Assembly (NCBI RefSeq): GCF_001481685.1
Contig: NZ_CP006867.1
Coordinates: forward strand, 750,001-782,000
Direction: 5' to 3'
Length of the DNA: 32,000 nt
Source: Ignicoccus islandicus DSM 13165
Lineage (GTDB): Archaea; Thermoproteota; Thermoprotei_A; Sulfolobales; Ignicoccaceae
Below the pieces are notes generated by a model. The model was not told where the DNA came from. It did no database searches and was given only the letters and a program-made list of their open reading frames with translations. Positions 1 to 8,711 of this stretch are shown one piece after another. Numbering within the stretch: position 1 is the stretch's first letter; each line of letters starts with the position of its first letter. The position numbers and the translations under genes are program-made.

Positions 1-2491
1 ATGGGACATGGGCACCACTGCAAGCGCCGCCACCAACTACGGAATGTACCCGAGCGTAGGTAAGAAGTACGCCTCCGAAGAGGACGTAGAGAGGGACTGG
101 TGGAAGGGCTTCGCCCTATACTTGAAGTTCCTTGAGACCTACAAGCCCGAAATAATGGCCAAGTTACTCTTCGGTGACCAAGCACCGCTAATCAACAAGA
201 AGTTGGCCGAAAAGCTAGTTGCAGCCGGCGAGCTAGCTCCTGAGAAGGTTAACCTAGGAGCTAATACTCCCTTCGTTGAGATAGACCCTGTCGAAGCACT
301 GAGATTAGCTGCGAAGTGGATGGCTAACGAGAAGGGTCAGAAGGGCAGGACCTTAGTGTTCTGGACCATGGGCGTAAACCAGAAGATGCAAGGTGTCCAC
401 ACAGTCAACACAATAATCAACTTCCTCGCACTAACTGGCCAGCTATTGAAGTGGGGAGCCGGTGCCCTAAGCCTTACCGGACAGCCGAACGCTTGCGGAG
501 GTATCAGAGACCAAGGAGGTTTGGCTCACGTACTACCTTACGGAAGGCTAATTGCTGTTAAGGCTGCTAGAGAGGAAGTCGAAAACATATGGAGGCAAGT
601 AACTGCTGAGTTAATGAGAAGGCAAGGATACAGCGAGAGCGAAATACAAAAGACAATGAAGGAGATCTACGTCCACCCATCCCCCGGACCTCACGTAATC
701 GAGATGTTCAGAAGAGTGAACGCCGGACAGCTAAAGATCGTCTGGATAGCCGAAACCAACCCCGGACAAAGCCTACCGAACGTATACAAGTACAGAGTGG
801 GAATGGCCAAGCCACACGACGATTGCAAGGCCTTCCCGTTCGTAGTTGTAAGCGATATTTACCCAACTAGAACGACCGACGTAGCCGACCTAGTCTTCCC
901 GGCAGCCGCTTACGCTGAGAAGGAGTTCTTCTATGGATGTACTGAGAGAAGGTACTCAGTAGTTAATTACACAATAAGGCCTCCGGGAGAGGCTATAGGC
1001 GACCACGTAATATTCGCCTTAGTAGGAAAGGCCCTAGAAGACGAAGGCCTAGTGCCCAAAGGCATCGTAAGTGGGTTCTTCCCTGAGAACGTTGACGAGG
1101 CCGCTAAGAAGGAAGGTATCAGCTGGGTTCAGTACGTGGTTAAGAAGAGCCAAGAGAAGAAGTGGCATATGAAGTTCCTAGACAACATATACGACGTAGA
1201 CATACTGAGCCTATCTAAGAACACCTACTATGACTTCAGCTACGCAAAAAGAGAAATATTCAGGAAGAAGACGTGGGAAGAACAGCACGGTTACAGATGG
1301 CCATGGCCATGGACCTACGCTGTTAACAAGAACGTGAAGGAGAGATACGATAAATACGAGAGCGCTACCAGATACGCCTATCCGTACGATCCTCTAATGC
1401 CGGAACCTAAGCTAGTTAAAGAGATATACAATAAGATAAAGAACATGAACGATCCAGAGGAGATAAAGCACTACCTAATGAGTATTCCAGACGAGGAACT
1501 GCACCCCATACACAAACACAAGTGGGTCGCTAAGGCCTATAAGAATCCAGCGCTACTGAAGTGGGTATTAAAGAACATTGTCGAGGAAATCGACGACATT
1601 GCCTACAAGGAAGCTAACAAGCTCAACCCAGAGTGGTACGGCTTGTTCTATGCGAAGCCCACTGGTAGAATGACCGTATGGGCTAGGCCGTGGTTGCCGG
1701 TCAACATAGATCACAACACCGGTGTGGTAACCATAAATGACAACGTCATCATCGCCTACGAGAAGCTTGATGCAGACGCCGTCTTCAAAGGTAAGATAAA
1801 CATCTTCGAGGCACCAAAAGGACCATTCGTCGTGGCTGAGAAACACGTAGGTAAACCAGTCAAGGACGTCAATGAGGCCCTCGAGATGCTAAAGACTAAG
1901 AGCTGGGGCGAGATGATCTCCAACCCAGAGTACAAGAAGTATCTAGAATCGATATTTGCCATAGCTCTAGCTCCTGCTGAAGTACCTGGATTCAAACTAG
2001 AATACAAGTTAGAGAACGGTCAAACGATAACCCTAAGGGAAGCCGAACCGTACTGGATGGTCGCTACCACTGGAAGAGTCATCGAGCACTGGCACACCGG
2101 TACAATGACCCTCAAGGTACCAGAGCTCAGGAGAGTAAAGCCTTCTGCGTATATCGAGATAAACGTTGACACTGCGAAGGCCCTAGGAATCAAAGACGGT
2201 GATTGGGTGGCCGTCGAGAGCCCGAGAGGAAAGATAGTACTGAAGGCCAAGGTACTAGACCCGAGGACTGGTCTCGGAGGACCCAGATACGATTACACCT
2301 TCATCCCATGGTTCGATCCCAACAAGCTAGCCAACGCTATCACGCTAGATAACTACGACGTACAGCCCTACTTCTTCCAGCCAGACTTCAAGACGTGTGC
2401 TGCGTACGTGAGGAAGGCTAGGCCCGACGAGATACCCACTAGCGAGAAGGAGCAAACGGCATCGGCTAAGTACAACATTTACATCTTCTAA
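1..2491 (+). CDS. Molybdopterin oxidoreductase, periplasmic nitrate reductase (NapA)-like, 5'-truncated by the window start
   Basis: Track ORF 8..2491, open to the window edge. Motifs GVNQKMQGVHTVNTIINFLALTGQLLKWGAGALSLTGQPNACGG...QGGLAHVLP and TTGRVIEHWHTGTMTLKVPEL...INVDTAKALGIKDGDWVAVESPRG resemble the NapA central and C-terminal domains. The N-terminal 4Fe-4S/Mo-ligand region is outside the window. Confidence 0.85.
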   Translation, partial: WDMGTTASAATNYGMYPSVGKKYASEEDVERDWWKGFALYLKFLETYKPEIMAKLLFGDQAPLINKKLAEKLVAAGELAPEKVNLGANTPFVEIDPVEALRLAAKWMANEKGQKGRTLVFWTMGVNQKMQGVHTVNTIINFLALTGQLLKWGAGALSLTGQPNACGGIRDQGGLAHVLPYGRLIAVKAAREEVENIWRQVTAELMRRQGYSESEIQKTMKEIYVHPSPGPHVIEMFRRVNAGQLKIVWIAETNPGQSLPNVYKYRVGMAKPHDDCKAFPFVVVSDIYPTRTTDVADLVFPAAAYAEKEFFYGCTERRYSVVNYTIRPPGEAIGDHVIFALVGKALEDEGLVPKGIVSGFFPENVDEAAKKEGISWVQYVVKKSQEKKWHMKFLDNIYDVDILSLSKNTYYDFSYAKREIFRKKTWEEQHGYRWPWPWTYAVNKNVKERYDKYESATRYAYPYDPLMPEPKLVKEIYNKIKNMNDPEEIKHYLMSIPDEELHPIHKHKWVAKAYKNPALLKWVLKNIVEEIDDIAYKEANKLNPEWYGLFYAKPTGRMTVWARPWLPVNIDHNTGVVTINDNVIIAYEKLDADAVFKGKINIFEAPKGPFVVAEKHVGKPVKDVNEALEMLKTKSWGEMISNPEYKKYLESIFAIALAPAEVPGFKLEYKLENGQTITLREAEPYWMVATTGRVIEHWHTGTMTLKVPELRRVKPSAYIEINVDTAKALGIKDGDWVAVESPRGKIVLKAKVLDPRTGLGGPRYDYTFIPWFDPNKLANAITLDNYDVQPYFFQPDFKTCAAYVRKARPDEIPTSEKEQTASAKYNIYIF

Positions 2492-2559
2492 CACTAAATC
2501 TCTTTTTATAACATAAATACAAGTTTCTTCTCTATATAATTTTAAATTCGCTCTTTAAA

Positions 2560-2582
2560 GTAGTTATCGTTTCGATAACTAC
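2560..2582. promoter_or_regulatory. Perfect 10-bp inverted repeat with 3-nt spacer (GTAGTTATCG-TTT-CGATAACTAC), candidate operator
   Basis: Read directly. It lies just upstream of a TATA-like ccttatacttta (~2585-2596), itself ~35-45 nt before the ATG at 2632. Confidence 0.6.
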
Positions 2583-2631
2583 CGCCTTATACTTTAATCA
2601 TTCTAATGAGCACCTTAGGTTGTGAAGCGTT

Positions 2632-2940
2632 ATGCTAGGCGAAAATCCTCTAAAGATTCCCAAAGATAGGAAATTCAAGAAAGTTGAAGTAGCTCAAGCC
2701 TTGAGATGGGGAGTAATAGCTGAATTAGACGCGATAAACTTCTATGAGCAACTGGCCGAGGCAATAGACGATGAAAGGGTAAGAAAGGTATTCTTAAACG
2801 TTGCTAGAGAGGAAAAGGAACACGTTGGGGAATTCCTAGCTTTACTCCTCGAATACGATGAAGAGCTCAAGGAAATGATTGGAAAGGGTTATAAGGAAGT
2901 TGAGGAAGAAACTGGAGTAAAACCTAAATCCCTTCCATAG
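2632..2940 (+). CDS. Small ferritin-like diiron protein, encapsulated-ferritin (EncFtn)/rubrerythrin-like
   Basis: 102 aa; ALRWGVIAELDAINFYEQLAEAIDDERVRKVFLNVAREEKEHVGEFLALLLEYDEEL has the E...E / EExH pattern and the short two-helix layout of EncFtn-type proteins. Confidence 0.7.
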   Translation: MLGENPLKIPKDRKFKKVEVAQALRWGVIAELDAINFYEQLAEAIDDERVRKVFLNVAREEKEHVGEFLALLLEYDEELKEMIGKGYKEVEEETGVKPKSLP

Positions 2941-3097
2941 AATCGAACCATAATTTTTCAATTAAGAAAAGGTAATTCTCCGTACTTCTCATATAAAATC
3001 GAACTAGGAAGTTCCTCTTTCTATATAAATACGAGCATTTTTCTCTAACATAAGAGATTAATCCAATGGTTGCTAATTTACACTTGAGGGATGTGGT

Positions 3098-3283
3098 ATG
3101 GGGAAGATGAGTGCTCACATGGAAGCGGAAATAGACGATGCAGTTTTGGAGAAGCTCTTCGGAGCTCTAACTGCGAAGGGCGTTAACAAGATAATAATGG
3201 AGATAAAGGATGTGGAAGGAAAGCTGATAATTACTGCGGAGCCCTCCGAGGAGAGCGTAGTAGAAGTCAAGAAAGCGCAATAA
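3098..3283 (+). CDS. Hypothetical small protein (61 aa; start may be ATG 3107)
   Basis: Track ORF with acidic/amphipathic composition: EIDDAVLEKLFGALTAKGVNKIIMEIKDVEGKLIITAEPSEES. Confidence 0.5.
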   Translation: MGKMSAHMEAEIDDAVLEKLFGALTAKGVNKIIMEIKDVEGKLIITAEPSEESVVEVKKAQ

Positions 3284-3309
3284 GGAAAGCGTAAGGGGAA
3301 CATGCGACA

Positions 3310-3480
3310 TTGAGAATAAACATAGTAATAGAGACTGACGAGAACCTCGATAATCTGATAAAGTCGAAACTGGAAGAAGGAGCCGGCATTAGGGTTCACG
3401 TATCGAATTTAGTTTTTCAGCTGAGGTCTGGAGATGAAGTAAAGGAGGAGATAAAGGTAACTGAAGAGTGCTTTAAGTAG
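3310..3480 (+). CDS. Hypothetical small protein (56 aa), TTG start, absent from the supplied ORF track
   Basis: Manual translation: MRINIVIETDENLDNLIKSKLEEGAGIRVHVSNLVFQLRSGDEVKEEIKVTEECFK*. Fills the gap between the 3283 stop and the convergent gene ending at 3483. Confidence 0.45.
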   Translation: MRINIVIETDENLDNLIKSKLEEGAGIRVHVSNLVFQLRSGDEVKEEIKVTEECFK

Positions 3481-3482
3481 GA

Positions 3483-4013
3483 TTACTTTTTTAGGCACGT
3501 AAACCACTCCAAGTCACACACAATATTGAAGCCCATTTCCAGTAAACGTTTCTTAGATAAGAAGTGAGCGTACTTGTAAAGCTCGTGACCTTTCCTACCC
3601 TTCTCCTCGTACAATTTAGCTACGTCGCTTTCCTTAGGTATTATGCATGCTACTACCTCCTTGCTAACCCTTTCAGCCTCTTTAATGGCATCCTCTACTG
3701 AATCCACGAAGCATAAGGAGGTAACGAAGTAGCTGCAATCGAACGCTTTGGACCTAAAGGGGAGCTTCTCGGCAACGCCCAAGACGCTCTCGAGCCCCTT
3801 AGCTTTCCCTATTTTCAAAGCGCCTAAGGCCGGGTCGAGGGCCACTGCACCTAATTCCTTAGCGAAGGCACCGGTGCCGCTCCCTATTTCCAAGATTCTC
3901 TTACCCTTGACGCCCTTCCTTAAACACTCTAGCTCTCGATTGAAGATCTCCTCGTGTTCTTGGTACCACCTATCGTATCTCTCCGCCACTCTAGAGAACG
4001 CTTCTTTACTCAA
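3483..4013 (-). CDS. Class I SAM-dependent methyltransferase
   Basis: Motif I ILEIGSGTGAFAKELGAVALDPALGAL and FVTSLCFVDSVEDAIKEAERV. Confidence 0.8.
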   Translation of the reverse strand: MSKEAFSRVAERYDRWYQEHEEIFNRELECLRKGVKGKRILEIGSGTGAFAKELGAVALDPALGALKIGKAKGLESVLGVAEKLPFRSKAFDCSYFVTSLCFVDSVEDAIKEAERVSKEVVACIIPKESDVAKLYEEKGRKGHELYKYAHFLSKKRLLEMGFNIVCDLEWFTCLKK

Positions 4014-4029
4014 CCCCGTTCATCCAGTT

Positions 4030-4566
4030 CTATAACTTTTTTCTTGAAACTATAACTATAAGCTCTTCTAACCCTAGAGACCTCCTCTTTAATTCCAATA
4101 GATCAAATCCCATTCTCCTAATCGCATCTAATACATCGAAAGATGTAAGGGAGGAATAGAGCAATACCAATAAGCCCCCCTTTCTAACCCTTACGAACCT
4201 CAATGCTTCCTTGGCCCACTTGTCGCAAGTGGCTATATCGTCTTCGCAAGGCAAGTAAGGTAAGTTACTAACTACCAGATTCGCGTCCCTTACGCAGCTC
4301 ATGGAGTTGCATCTGATCGCTTCGAAACCGCAAGACTTACATGCCTTTACTGCGCACTCCATCAAATCAATTCCAATTACCTTCTCTACCTTCTTGGAAA
4401 TTACGTTTAATAGAACGCCCGAGCCGCAACCTATTTCTACCCCTAATCCGCCTACATATGGAAGATCCTCTATTACTTCCCACAAGAACCAAGTGTCTTC
4501 GGAGGGTTGGTAGACTTCTTCGTTCCAACAAAAACAAGGGTCTTTAACGCACGTTAAGTTACACAT
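4030..4566 (-). CDS. HemK/PrmC-like (Mtq2-type) methyltransferase, candidate release-factor glutamine methyltransferase
   Basis: VGLGVEIGCGSGVLL motif I and VVSNLPYLP (NPPY-like motif IV). Confidence 0.75.
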   Translation of the reverse strand: MCNLTCVKDPCFCWNEEVYQPSEDTWFLWEVIEDLPYVGGLGVEIGCGSGVLLNVISKKVEKVIGIDLMECAVKACKSCGFEAIRCNSMSCVRDANLVVSNLPYLPCEDDIATCDKWAKEALRFVRVRKGGLLVLLYSSLTSFDVLDAIRRMGFDLLELKRRSLGLEELIVIVSRKKL

Positions 4567-5415
4567 TTACTGAAACCTCTCCTTGCCTCGCTCGGTAGGT
4601 AAGTTAAAGGGTAAGTACTCAACTCCAGGCCTGTTAGTTTGCGCTTGAGGATATAATTCCATTAATTCGTAAACTTCCGGTGGCACTTGACCTTTTACTG
4701 GTAGCCCTAATTCCTTAACTTTTTCATAGAACAGTGGGTAATCGTGCGTGTATTTGCCCATTACTAATTCCTCGGCAACGGCCTCCGCCTTCTCTTCTTC
4801 CATCTTACCTTTCAATAACCTCAGGACGAAGTCGTACATTTCAGCCAGTGCCTTTTCGGCGATGTCTGCATAGGCCAAGAACTTATCCGAGGCCTCCTTA
4901 CCCTTCTCCTTTGCAACCTTTACTAAGCTGGGGGCGGCGATGTGGGTCCCTTCGAAAGGCACTTGCGGGTCTACCGGACCTAGGGCGGCCGCTTTATCCA
5001 TCCATATCTCGTCAGCTGCTAGGGCTATCAGAGTTCCGCCGCTCATGGCGTAGTGCGGAACTACTACTACTTTTTTAGCGGGATGTTGGCTCAATGCGTG
5101 AGCTATTTGGGCAGCTGCTAGGACCATTCCTCCCGGAGTGTGCAGTATTAACATTATAGGCTTGTCTTTGGGCGTGGTTCTTATTGCTCTTATTATGGCC
5201 TCACTGTCTTCTATATCAATGAACTTATAGAAGGGCACACCGAACAGCCCTACCCTTTCTTGCCTATGTATCATTGTTATTACTCTGTAACCGTACTTTT
5301 CTTCTATTCTTTTCAACAACGCCATTCGAGCTGCCTTTAATCTTTGGAATGAGAAAAGCGGTTCAGAAATTACAGTAAGGAAGAGCAACCAGAAGAGCAG
5401 GCCCACTATGTCCAT
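4567..5415 (-). CDS. Serine dehydrogenase proteinase family (SDH/DUF114, ClpP-class fold) membrane protein
   Basis: N-terminal TM, PIMLILHTPGGMVLAAAQIAHAL, VVVVPHYAMSGGTLIALAADEIWMDKAAALGPVDPQ. Confidence 0.85.
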   Translation of the reverse strand: MDIVGLLFWLLFLTVISEPLFSFQRLKAARMALLKRIEEKYGYRVITMIHRQERVGLFGVPFYKFIDIEDSEAIIRAIRTTPKDKPIMLILHTPGGMVLAAAQIAHALSQHPAKKVVVVPHYAMSGGTLIALAADEIWMDKAAALGPVDPQVPFEGTHIAAPSLVKVAKEKGKEASDKFLAYADIAEKALAEMYDFVLRLLKGKMEEEKAEAVAEELVMGKYTHDYPLFYEKVKELGLPVKGQVPPEVYELMELYPQAQTNRPGVEYLPFNLPTERGKERFQ

Positions 5416-5472
5416 ACTACTTTACCCGAAAACCGAGAATCCGCTTCCGTAAAAAGCGTCCGGGAAATAGTT

Positions 5473-6537
5473 TCAATCCCCTCTAACTTGGAGGAGCTCC
5501 TCTGGCTTCAGCTGCCTTATATCAATACCCATCATGCTCTTTCTTTCGCTTATCATCGATTGGGCTTCAAGTACTGCTTCCGGATCCATCCATAGCGAGG
5601 TAGCTAGGACTATCGCTTCCGCTCTTTGCCTCGGATCCTCGCTCTTGAATATGCCGGAGCCTACGAAAACGCCGTCCGCCCCTAGCCACATCATTAGAGC
5701 CGCGTCGGCTGGAGTGGCTATTCCGCCAGCGGCGAAGTTCACTACTGGGAGCCTTCTCAGCCTTACCGTAAGCTCGACTAGTTCGTAGCTTACGCCCATT
5801 TCCCTAGCCTTTAACACCCTGTCCTCCTCTTCCATTGAGATGAGCTCTCTCAATTCGCCCATCACGGTTTTCATGTGCCTCACTGCTTCAGCCACGTTCC
5901 CCGTTCCGGCTTCGCCCTTAGTCCTAATCATAGAAGCGCCTTCGCTAATCCTCCTTAAGGCCTCCCCTAAGTTCCTGGCACCGTTAACGAAGGGTACCTT
6001 GAAGAGCCACTTATTGATGTGGTGGCGTTCGTCGGCCGGAGTTAAGACCTCGCTTTCATCTATCATGTCAACCCCTAGCGCCTCTAGTACCTTAGCTTCC
6101 ATGAAGTGACCGATCCTAACCTTGGCCATTACTGGTAATGAAATAGAGTTCATGACCTCCTTTATCACGTTGACGTCGGCCATCCTAGCTACTCCGCCAG
6201 CCTTCCTAATGTCGTACGGCAACTTGTCGAGAACCATTACGGCGACGGCCCCTGCGTCTTCGGCTATTTCGGCTTGTTCAGTGTTAGTTACGTCCATTAT
6301 TACGCCGCCTTTCTGATAAATAGGGAAGCCTAGCTTAACCCTAACCGTACCGCTTGCAACCTTTTCCCTAATTTCTGAAGGGTCGGGTAAGTAGGTCCAG
6401 AGTCCCTCTTCCTTCAGTCTGTCCTTGGCTTCAGCTAACTTATAGAAGAAGTCTGCTATTGCATCGAAACCTACTTCAATGAGGTTATCCCTCTTTGAGA
6501 GAGCCAACAACGCTCGTACCCTACATTTAGCTTTCAT
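5473..6537 (-). CDS. pdxS: Pyridoxal 5'-phosphate synthase subunit PdxS
   Basis: [91 protein letters not shown]. Confidence 0.97.
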   Translation of the reverse strand: MKAKCRVRALLALSKRDNLIEVGFDAIADFFYKLAEAKDRLKEEGLWTYLPDPSEIREKVASGTVRVKLGFPIYQKGGVIMDVTNTEQAEIAEDAGAVAVMVLDKLPYDIRKAGGVARMADVNVIKEVMNSISLPVMAKVRIGHFMEAKVLEALGVDMIDESEVLTPADERHHINKWLFKVPFVNGARNLGEALRRISEGASMIRTKGEAGTGNVAEAVRHMKTVMGELRELISMEEEDRVLKAREMGVSYELVELTVRLRRLPVVNFAAGGIATPADAALMMWLGADGVFVGSGIFKSEDPRQRAEAIVLATSLWMDPEAVLEAQSMISERKSMMGIDIRQLKPEELLQVRGD

Positions 6538-6565
6538 GGGGGTGTTTAAGCTAACGCCATTTTAT

Positions 6566-6581
6566 CTATTTAAATAGATGG
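6566..6581. promoter_or_regulatory. 16-bp perfect palindrome ATCTATTTAAATAGAT overlapping the likely pdxS TATA element
   Basis: Read directly; ~30-45 nt upstream of the pdxS start (6537, minus strand), in the divergent region with the NFACT gene. Confidence 0.45.
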
Positions 6582-6587
6582 AAGTAA

Positions 6588-8711
6588 TTGAAGCACCGCT
6601 TCCAGACATCAATAAGAGTTGCTTTCACGAAGACATATGGAATCAAAGACGAACCTTCAATGTCAAGTCGAAGTCGTGTAATAACGGTTAGTGTAAAAAT
6701 CGCAAGCTCGAATTACTCGAACAGTTCACTAAATTTAAACAATAGGTATCAGCGTTTTAGGTACTTCAAGTATTTTGAAGTAGGACGATTTGAAGTGAAG
6801 AGAAAGACCTCGATGAATTTGCTAGATTTAATCGCGTGGGTAAACAAGTACGGAAAGCGACTCGAAGGGAGCGTAATTCAGAACGCCTACTACAATGGGA
6901 AGCTCCTCTGGTTGAAACTTAGAAGCAAAACGGGTAACGTAACTCTACTAATTGAACCCGGAAAGGCAGCTTACGTAACTTCTAGGAAGTTGCAAGCACC
7001 GGAGAGACTCCATCCCTTCGCTGGAGGCTTGAGGAAATATCTAAATGGAGGGAAAATAATTTCAGTAGACGTCCTAGGTCACGATAGAATTCTCTCGATT
7101 TCTATAATGGCTCGCGGAGAGGAATTTCGACTAATAGGTGAGTTGATACCGAGAGGCGTTATTACTCTAATAGATAAGGACGGGAAGATACTATATGCGA
7201 ACGAATACAAGGAGATGAGAGATAGAGTAATAAAAAGGTTGGAGAAATACGTACCACCTCCCTCGCCTCAGTTCGATCCCTTTACGGACTTAGACGACCT
7301 TAAAGAGAGAATTTCTAAGGGTAAGGACGTAGTTAGGGGCCTGGTTCTAGGCCAAAAACTCCCGGCAGACGTAGCCGAGGAAGTAATTGCTAGAGCGAAC
7401 GTGGACAAATCGAAGAAACCTAGAGACCTTACCGAAGATGAAGTAGAAGAACTTAGGAAAGCCATAAGGGAGGTATATGAGGAATCGATGCTCGGAAAGG
7501 GCTACCTTTACTACTTGAACGGAAGACTTTACGCTTTCGAACCGTTTAAGAGCGTCCTCCTAACTGAAAGCGGCTTCCACTTCGAGGAGGGTGACTTCAA
7601 TGAGGTGCTTGATAAGTACTTTACTGAGTTCGAAGGAGAAAGCGTGGAGGAGGACGTTCAAGAGAGAATAGAAATAGAAGTGGAAAAATTGAAAAAAGCA
7701 ATGGAAAAACAGAAGGCTTTAGTTGAGGAATACAAGAGGAGAGCCGAGGAATATAGGGAACTGGCCACCAAGATAGCTCTTAACTATGCTGAAGTAGAGG
7801 AACAATTAAGAAAGGGAAGGAAAATAAAGGTGGACGATATAGAGGTGGAAGTTCCACCTAAGTTAACCTTAGATGAGTTCATTAGAGAACTATACTCGAA
7901 GGCCACGAACTACGAAAAGAAGTATAAGAAGGCCCTTAAAGCCCTGGACGAATTAAAGAAGCAATTAGAAGACGTCGAAACTAAGGTCTTGGAGGAAATA
8001 GCCAAGGAAAAGGCAAAGGTAAGGAGGAGAGAATGGTATGAGAAGTATCACTGGCTAATAACTAGGAACGGTCTCCTAGCGATAGGCGGGAGGGACGCCT
8101 CCCAGAACGAGGCGGTAGTTAGGAGATACCTCGAGGAGGAGGATTACTTCCTTCACGCAGAGGTCCAAGGAGCTCCTGCAGTAGTGCTGAAAGGAGAGGC
8201 CACTGAAGCCGATCTTTACGACGCAGCGTGTCTAACTGCTTGTTACTCGAAGGCTTGGAAGGACGGAAGGGCTTCCGTAGACGTGTTTTACGTAAAGGGC
8301 TCGCAAGTAAGCAAGAGCCCCCCTTCAGGCCAATACGTAGCTAAGGGTGCATTCATAATAAAGGGCCGTAGGGAACACGTGAGGAACGTTCCGCTAAGGC
8401 TGGGTATAGGTATCGAGCTCTTCGAGGGCTCGCCTAGGGTTATAGTTGGACCCCCCGACCTAATCAAAGAGAGATCCGTGGTTTACGCTATCTTAGTTCC
8501 AGGAGACGAGGAAAAGAGGAAGATAGCGGAGAGGTTAAAGAAGGTCTGGACCTCTAAGATCGAAGATCCTCAAATAAGGGGCTTAATAGAAGGCATCGAT
8601 ATCAATGAAATAGTTCAGAGAATACCGGGCAAGGCTAACGTAATTAAAATAGGCAAGGGTGAGAAGTCCCAAAACCTCCCAAGCGAGGAGACGAGGGGGA
8701 CTAGCGCTTGA
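6588..8711 (+). CDS. NFACT / Rqc2 (NEMF, Tae2, FbpA) family ribosome quality-control protein; true start probably ~6.8 kb
   Basis: MNLLDLIAWVNKYGKRLEGSVIQNAYYNGKLLWLKL N-terminus, long central coiled coil, and C-terminal YHWLITRNGLLAIGGRDASQNEAVVRRYLEEEDYFLHAEVQGAPAVVLKG (DUF814/NFACT-R). The first ~75 aa of the track ORF look non-homologous. Confidence 0.85.
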   Translation: MKHRFQTSIRVAFTKTYGIKDEPSMSSRSRVITVSVKIASSNYSNSSLNLNNRYQRFRYFKYFEVGRFEVKRKTSMNLLDLIAWVNKYGKRLEGSVIQNAYYNGKLLWLKLRSKTGNVTLLIEPGKAAYVTSRKLQAPERLHPFAGGLRKYLNGGKIISVDVLGHDRILSISIMARGEEFRLIGELIPRGVITLIDKDGKILYANEYKEMRDRVIKRLEKYVPPPSPQFDPFTDLDDLKERISKGKDVVRGLVLGQKLPADVAEEVIARANVDKSKKPRDLTEDEVEELRKAIREVYEESMLGKGYLYYLNGRLYAFEPFKSVLLTESGFHFEEGDFNEVLDKYFTEFEGESVEEDVQERIEIEVEKLKKAMEKQKALVEEYKRRAEEYRELATKIALNYAEVEEQLRKGRKIKVDDIEVEVPPKLTLDEFIRELYSKATNYEKKYKKALKALDELKKQLEDVETKVLEEIAKEKAKVRRREWYEKYHWLITRNGLLAIGGRDASQNEAVVRRYLEEEDYFLHAEVQGAPAVVLKGEATEADLYDAACLTACYSKAWKDGRASVDVFYVKGSQVSKSPPSGQYVAKGAFIIKGRREHVRNVPLRLGIGIELFEGSPRVIVGPPDLIKERSVVYAILVPGDEEKRKIAERLKKVWTSKIEDPQIRGLIEGIDINEIVQRIPGKANVIKIGKGEKSQNLPSEETRGTSA

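Noticed and set aside
2491-3480. Possible encapsulin nanocompartment operon
   Set aside because: Only the EncFtn-like cargo-type protein is present. The neighbouring small ORFs are far too short for an HK97-fold shell protein.
6588-6800. N-terminal ~75 aa of the NFACT ORF as annotated in the track
   Set aside because: MKHRFQTSIRVAF... has no family resemblance. Conserved sequence begins at MNLLDLIAWVNKYGK, so the segment is probably the divergent promoter region.
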